Position numbers and translations under genes: made by a program. DNA of 64,000 nt, taken from the NCBI GenBank assembly GCA_963827235.1, contig CAWHAE010000018.1:256001-320000 (forward strand), written 5' to 3'. Shown piece by piece: positions 59,101 through 64,000 of this stretch (position 1 is its first letter; each line of letters opens with the position of its first letter). A model generated the notes under the pieces. The model had not been told where the DNA came from and ran no database searches. It saw only the letters and a list, made by a program, of their open reading frames with translations. Source of the stretch: an uncultured bacterium. GTDB lineage: Bacteria; Chloroflexota; UBA5177; JANWHV01.

Positions 59101-61854
59101 TACACGTGGACCAGTGTGTCCTTGTGCTTGTCCTGCCAGTAGTAGTTGCCGTTGCTGTCGCGCACGAAGCTGCTCAGCCAGACGCGCTTGTACAGCCTGA
59201 GCGCCACGGGCGTGCCAGGAGCCACGCGCGTGCCGTCGTCTCCAACGGTGACCAGGCGAATCAGGTTGGGCTTGCCCGCCGTCTGCAGGTAGTCGGCCGG
59301 CGCCAGTCCGACGTACACGGAGGACTTGTGAACCACGACCTGCGTGTCCTGCGCCACCTGCTGGTTGTCTGGACCGGTCAGGATTGCTTCCAGCGTAAAC
59401 TGCTGGCTCACCGGATTCGCTTTCACGTTGGCAGGCACGGTGAAGTGGAAGTCGCCGTGACTGTCGGTCCTGCCGCTGCCCTGGGTAACCTCCTGGCCGT
59501 TCGATCCCTGGTAGTTCATGAGGTCGACGTAGTCGTTGTCGCCGAAGCTGTAGTCGGGGAACAGCGCGCTGGAGAACACGAAGTCGTTCTCCGTGAGATC
59601 CCAGGTCACCGGGGCGTTGGTGAGCGGAGCACCGAAGTAGTAATTCGCGCGCACCTGCACGCCGACGGTTTCGCCCTGCGTGTAGTTGGCGTTGGCTCCG
59701 CGATCGCTGATCACCGTCACGGCATAGGTAGGCTTGGCATACTCGGCCACCTGGAAGGCGACGTCCGACGTGCTTACTCCGATCTGCGCGTGCAGGTCGA
59801 AGTAGCCCGTGGAGGCGGCCGGACTGAGCACCAGCTTGCCGCTGAACCCGCCGAAGCGGTCCAGGGACAGGCGCTCCTTGTAGATCGTGCCCTGGCGCGG
59901 ATCCTGGATGGTCACCGTGGCCGATGTGCCGGCCGGCGGCGTGGTGTAGCGGCCGTCGTTGTCGCCGCGGGCGACGCCCTTGAAGTAGACGGCCTGGCCC
60001 GGCCGGTAGATCGGCCGCTCGGTGCGTGAGCCGCATGCGTACAGGCTGCAGATAGCTGGTGTACGGCAGATTGTAGTCCCACGGGCCGATGCCGCTATTC
60101 CAGTCGAGCGAACAGGCCGACACGTCCGTTCCCTTGTTGAGCCGGGCCATCAAGGAATGCTGGAGCAGACTGTCCGTGGCTGCCAGGCCTCGAGGCGTTT
60201 GCTGAAAGACTCCGTCCCGGTTGGTGACGCCGGCGGCCCAGATGCGCCCGCTGTTTGAATCGACCACGCGTACGGACTCGCCCGCCACGGGTCGCCCCGA
60301 CTGCAGATCGGTCGCCCACACGAAGACCTGGTTCTGACCGACCTTGAGGGTCACCGACGTGCGCGTGACCAGCACCAGCAGGTGATCCGCCGGGGAAGCG
60401 CCGTTGAGCGGCAGCCAGGCGTTAACCAGATAGTATCCGGGCGGCACTGGGGCACCGCCCGCGGTCAGTGCTTGCGACACCAGGATCGACCGGTTCAGCT
60501 TGGACTGGGCGTTGACCTGCCATGTGGCCAGCAGCGGTGTCCTGTCGGGCGCGGATCCGTCCCAATGCGAGGGAGGATTGGCGAGCAGCTGTTGGAACGT
60601 CGAAGGCGCCAGCTTGTAGAGATTGAGAGTGAAGTCCGACACGTTGAGGGCTCGGGCGTAGATATTGGCCCCCAGGTAGGCGTTGTACATAGCGCCCGGG
60701 CCCTGGTTGACCAGGGAGACGCTCGGGGCAGCCGGTTGCGTGGTGAACACCAGGTTGAACGCGCTGGGAAGCGACTGCCGTGCCGTACCGATCGCGCCCT
60801 GCGAAACGCTGACCGTGTACTCGGTTGAGGGCAGGAAGTCGCCGTCGATGGTGAGCTTGGTGCCGGAATCGTCCAGGTAGGCGTCGGAGTAGTCGACCTT
60901 CGGGCTGATGTGCACGGCGCGCTGCACGCGGCTTTGGTCCGCGGGCGCGGAAAGCTGGATGGAAATGCCGGAAGACGCGTCCACGCCGGTCTCGCCGCCG
61001 GCAGGCGAGCTTCCCGTTACCCGCATGGAGCCGGTGACGTCGAAGTGCCACCGGACAGCCGACGCCATGGGAAGCGGGCCGCCGATAGCCAGCACTCCCG
61101 CGCCCACGGAGGCATCCACCGAGGATCCGAGCGGAAACGCCGCGGAGGGATAGAACGTCATGACGGTATTCCTGGCCTGTGCAGGCGCGCCCGTTCCCGA
61201 TCCGGTGCTGCCGGTAGGCACGACAGCGGTGCTACCGTTCGACTGCGTGGCCAGCCGGGGACCGTTCCATGAGAAGTGGCCCGATACATGACGGCCGTCG
61301 ACGCGCACCGAGAACGCCGCCTCCGCCGTTGCTGGATGCACGGGCTCGTTGAACACTACCTGAAGGCTGTCACCCGGCCGCACGTACCGCGTGCCGCTCA
61401 CCGGCACCACGGTCTGCACGTTCGGGCGTAACGTGTCGAAGGAGAAAGCGTAGGCCGCGGCAAGGCGCGAGCCGTTGACCGCGCTGAGGTTGGGCACGGT
61501 CGTCACGCGATATCGCGTCGCGGGCGCCAGCCCGGCCGGCAACTGGTAGGCCCAGACACTGGTGGTTACCCAGCGGCCTTTCCCCGGTGCCGCCGGAGCG
61601 ATCGTAACCGGTTGGTGCGCTCCTGCTACGCCGACGTCGCCGAGCGAGACCATCGACTGGTCGAAGGTCAGCGACACGAAGCTAGTCGTCGGTACGTCAG
61701 TCGCGCCCGCGCTCGGGGTGCTCTTCGTCACGTGAACCGGATGGCCGGCCGCAGCCGTAGTGCCGGCCTGCCCCAGCGTTCCCGCGAGCAGCACGAGTGC
61801 GATGGTGATCCGAACCGCCGTGAGCGAGCATCGAGCAACGAGCGCCTTGCGCAT
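56184..61854 (-). CDS. Bacterial alpha-2-macroglobulin with N-terminal Ig-like (Big) domains, split by four +1 frameshifts
   Basis: Sec signal; TERPIYRPGQ, FQVAEY, YQPGDTA, PNVYVSV, FPDTAYWNP, PDNLTTW, PRFL, thioester YTCNEQ, QNADGGWGWW, EDPLPAG. Confidence 0.92.
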
Positions 61855-61911
61855 TGGCTAATCCAATCCTTTCACTGCATTTCCTATCATGACACGTGAC
61901 ACCCACCTCGG

Positions 61912-64000
61912 CTAGAGGGGCGGTTGTGGTGTCTCCACCTGCACCGTCGCCACGCCGCTTCGCACGAGGCGGCCGGCTGCATCACGCCCGGTGGCCTGGA
62001 AGCGATGCGTACCGGCCCGCAGCTGCCAGAACCACTCCCCACTCACTCCCGTCAGGTGCGTCGCAGGTCTGCCATCCACGAGTACTTGCAGACTGCCCGC
62101 CACGATGGCGGTCGACTGCACGTCGACAGGAATGGCCTGGTACTGTGCCGGAATCGACAGACTGATCTGATACTGGGCGTTGTTTGGCGGAGCCGCCAGG
62201 GACACGACCGCCTTGACGATCGGCGCGTGTGGCCCACCTCTCGGTTGGGTCCCGGCGATGAACACTTCGTCGCGTCGGTCCGTGCAGGAGGCGTCGGGCG
62301 GCAGGCCGGTAGTCGGGCAGATCGTCTCATGCACGATACCCTGCGGCACTGTGAAGGCGCGTGACGGCAAGTTCTGGAGCGCGGCCTCCATGAAATCGTG
62401 CCAGATCGGCGCCGCGCCGCTGATGCCCGAGACGTCGCGCATGGCGCTGTTGTCTGCGTTGCCCACCCAGACGCCCGCGGTGAGGTCGGGCGAATAGCCC
62501 ACCGTCCAGTTGTCGTGGAAGTCGGTCGTCGTGCCGGTCTTGGCGGCCGCCGGGCGGTCGAGCAGGAGCGGGCTGTCGTCGCCAAACTCAGGCATCCGGG
62601 CAAGGTTGTCCGAGAGTATGCTCGTGATCAGGTAAGAGACTTGCGGGCTGATCGCTCTTCTCCCTCCTGTTGGTCGCCATTGGTAGAGCACTTTCGCAGT
62701 GCCGTCGGTGATGCGCAGAATGGAAACCGGATCGTGGTGCACCCCGCCGGTCGCGAATGTAGCGTACCCATCGGTGAGATCCAGAAGTCTCACTTCACCG
62801 CCGCCCAGCGTCAAGGACAGGCCGTAGCGGTGCGTGTCGTTCATCGTGGTGATGCCGGCGGCGTGTGCCACGTTCAGCATGGCTGCCAGGCCTACGTGTG
62901 CAAGCACGTCGACGGCCGGCACGTTATAGGAATTGGCAAGCGCGGTTCGCAGCGTAACCGGACCGTGGAACTGCAGATCGTAGTTCTGCGGCTCGTATGG
63001 CTGCTTCTCCTTGGTCTGGAATACGGTCGGCACGTCGTCGACCACCGTCGCGGGCGTGTAGTCGCGCGCGAACGCCGCCGCGTAGGTGAAGGGCTTGATC
63101 GCGGATCCCGGCTGCCGAGACGCCAGGGCCACATTTACCGCGCCGTCAATGCTCTGGTCGCCATAGCTTGCGCTGCCGACCATGGCCAGGATCTGCCCGG
63201 TGCCCGGGTCGAGCGCTACCAGGGCACCGTCGTGCACGTCGTTATCGGCCAGAGCGGCCACGTGCTGGCGCACGATCGCCTCCGCCCGCCGTTGCAGATC
63301 GAGGTCTAAGCTGGTAGTTACCTGCAGACCGCCCTGCTCGATGGCCTTCGTGCCGTAGCGCTGCTCGAGCTGCGCGATCACGTAGTAGACAAAGTGCGGC
63401 GCCTGCAGGCCGGACCCGCCTGCCGCCAGGGCAAGCGGCTCAGCGTTCGCCTCTCGCTCCTGCTGCACGCTGATGTAGCCATCCTTGCGCATCAGACCGA
63501 GCACCTCGCGGCGACGCGCCGTCGCTGCCTCAGGCGAGGTGAGAGGATCGTAGTAGGTTGGTGAACGGGGAATACCCGCCAGCAGAGCGCACTGCGCCAG
63601 GTCCAGCGCCGAGACCGGCCGAGCAAAGTACCCCTCCGCGGCTGCTTCTACGCCGTAGGCAAGATTCCCGTAGTACACGTTGTTCAGATAGAGGGCAAGC
63701 ACGTCGTCCTTCGACATGCGCAGCGATAGCTGCAGTGCCAGCGATGCCTCGTGCAGCTTGCGCGTCAGAGTACGCCGGTCGCGCTCCGCGGGACTGAGCA
63801 GGATCGTGCGCACGAGCTGCTGCGTGATCGTGCTTCCTCCGTAGGCGGGAGTCTGCAGGCGCACGTCCAGCAGGACTGACCGCACGATACCGCCTACGTC
63901 GATACCGGGGTTGTGATAGAACGACGCATCCTCGGCGGCAATGGTCGCCTGCCGCAAGGCCATTGGCATGCCGCGCAGCGGTACCGTCGCCCGCCTGCCG
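61912..64000 (-). CDS. pbpC: Bifunctional transglycosylase/transpeptidase, PBP1C-like (5' end outside window)
   Basis: AEDASFY, GGSTITQQL, RKLHE, SAIK, SYN, KTG; adjacent to alpha-2-macroglobulin. Confidence 0.85.
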   Translation of the reverse strand, partial: GRRATVPLRGMPMALRQATIAAEDASFYHNPGIDVGGIVRSVLLDVRLQTPAYGGSTITQQLVRTILLSPAERDRRTLTRKLHEASLALQLSLRMSKDDVLALYLNNVYYGNLAYGVEAAAEGYFARPVSALDLAQCALLAGIPRSPTYYDPLTSPEAATARRREVLGLMRKDGYISVQQEREANAEPLALAAGGSGLQAPHFVYYVIAQLEQRYGTKAIEQGGLQVTTSLDLDLQRRAEAIVRQHVAALADNDVHDGALVALDPGTGQILAMVGSASYGDQSIDGAVNVALASRQPGSAIKPFTYAAAFARDYTPATVVDDVPTVFQTKEKQPYEPQNYDLQFHGPVTLRTALANSYNVPAVDVLAHVGLAAMLNVAHAAGITTMNDTHRYGLSLTLGGGEVRLLDLTDGYATFATGGVHHDPVSILRITDGTAKVLYQWRPTGGRRAISPQVSYLITSILSDNLARMPEFGDDSPLLLDRPAAAKTGTTTDFHDNWTVGYSPDLTAGVWVGNADNSAMRDVSGISGAAPIWHDFMEAALQNLPSRAFTVPQGIVHETICPTTGLPPDASCTDRRDEVFIAGTQPRGGPHAPIVKAVVSLAAPPNNAQYQISLSIPAQYQAIPVDVQSTAIVAGSLQVLVDGRPATHLTGVSGEWFWQLRAGTHRFQATGRDAAGRLVRSGVATVQVETPQPPL

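Noticed and set aside
1-64000. tRNA, rRNA, CRISPR array, transposase or integrase
   Set aside because: No cloverleaf, regularly spaced repeats or recombinase motifs found by eye; a computational scan was not possible.

Overview
High-GC bacterial chromosomal segment. The lineage is probably Chloroflexota; this is inferred from the Tat-type solute-binding protein leader, remA-gmk synteny, many leaderless genes and a Big-domain alpha-2-macroglobulin next to a PBP1C-like gene. Housekeeping genes include recN, lgt, mutY, glpK, moeA, a moaD-moaE fusion, citrate synthase, remA and gmk. The standout locus is 5.7-18.3 kb. A dipeptide-type ABC importer, a hydantoinase/oxoprolinase A-type ATPase and two DUF917 proteins are transcribed divergently from a GntR-HTH/hydantoinase-A fusion and a third DUF917. 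Both of the latter have degraded catalytic motifs, and two palindromic operators lie in the intergenic gap. This looks like a regulator built from pseudo-enzyme copies of the pathway it controls. Other oddities: a ParB/Srx plus metallophosphoesterase pair, a Zn-finger/inactive-Mrr protein, an orphan cheY-cheX pair, a single dynamin-like gene near a GIDE-domain gene, a ~122-bp dispersed repeat, two abrupt gene junctions in the first 4 kb, and six frameshifts that are all +1 insertions (likely sequencing errors). No rRNA, tRNA, CRISPR array or transposase was seen. All family calls are by motif recognition, not database search.
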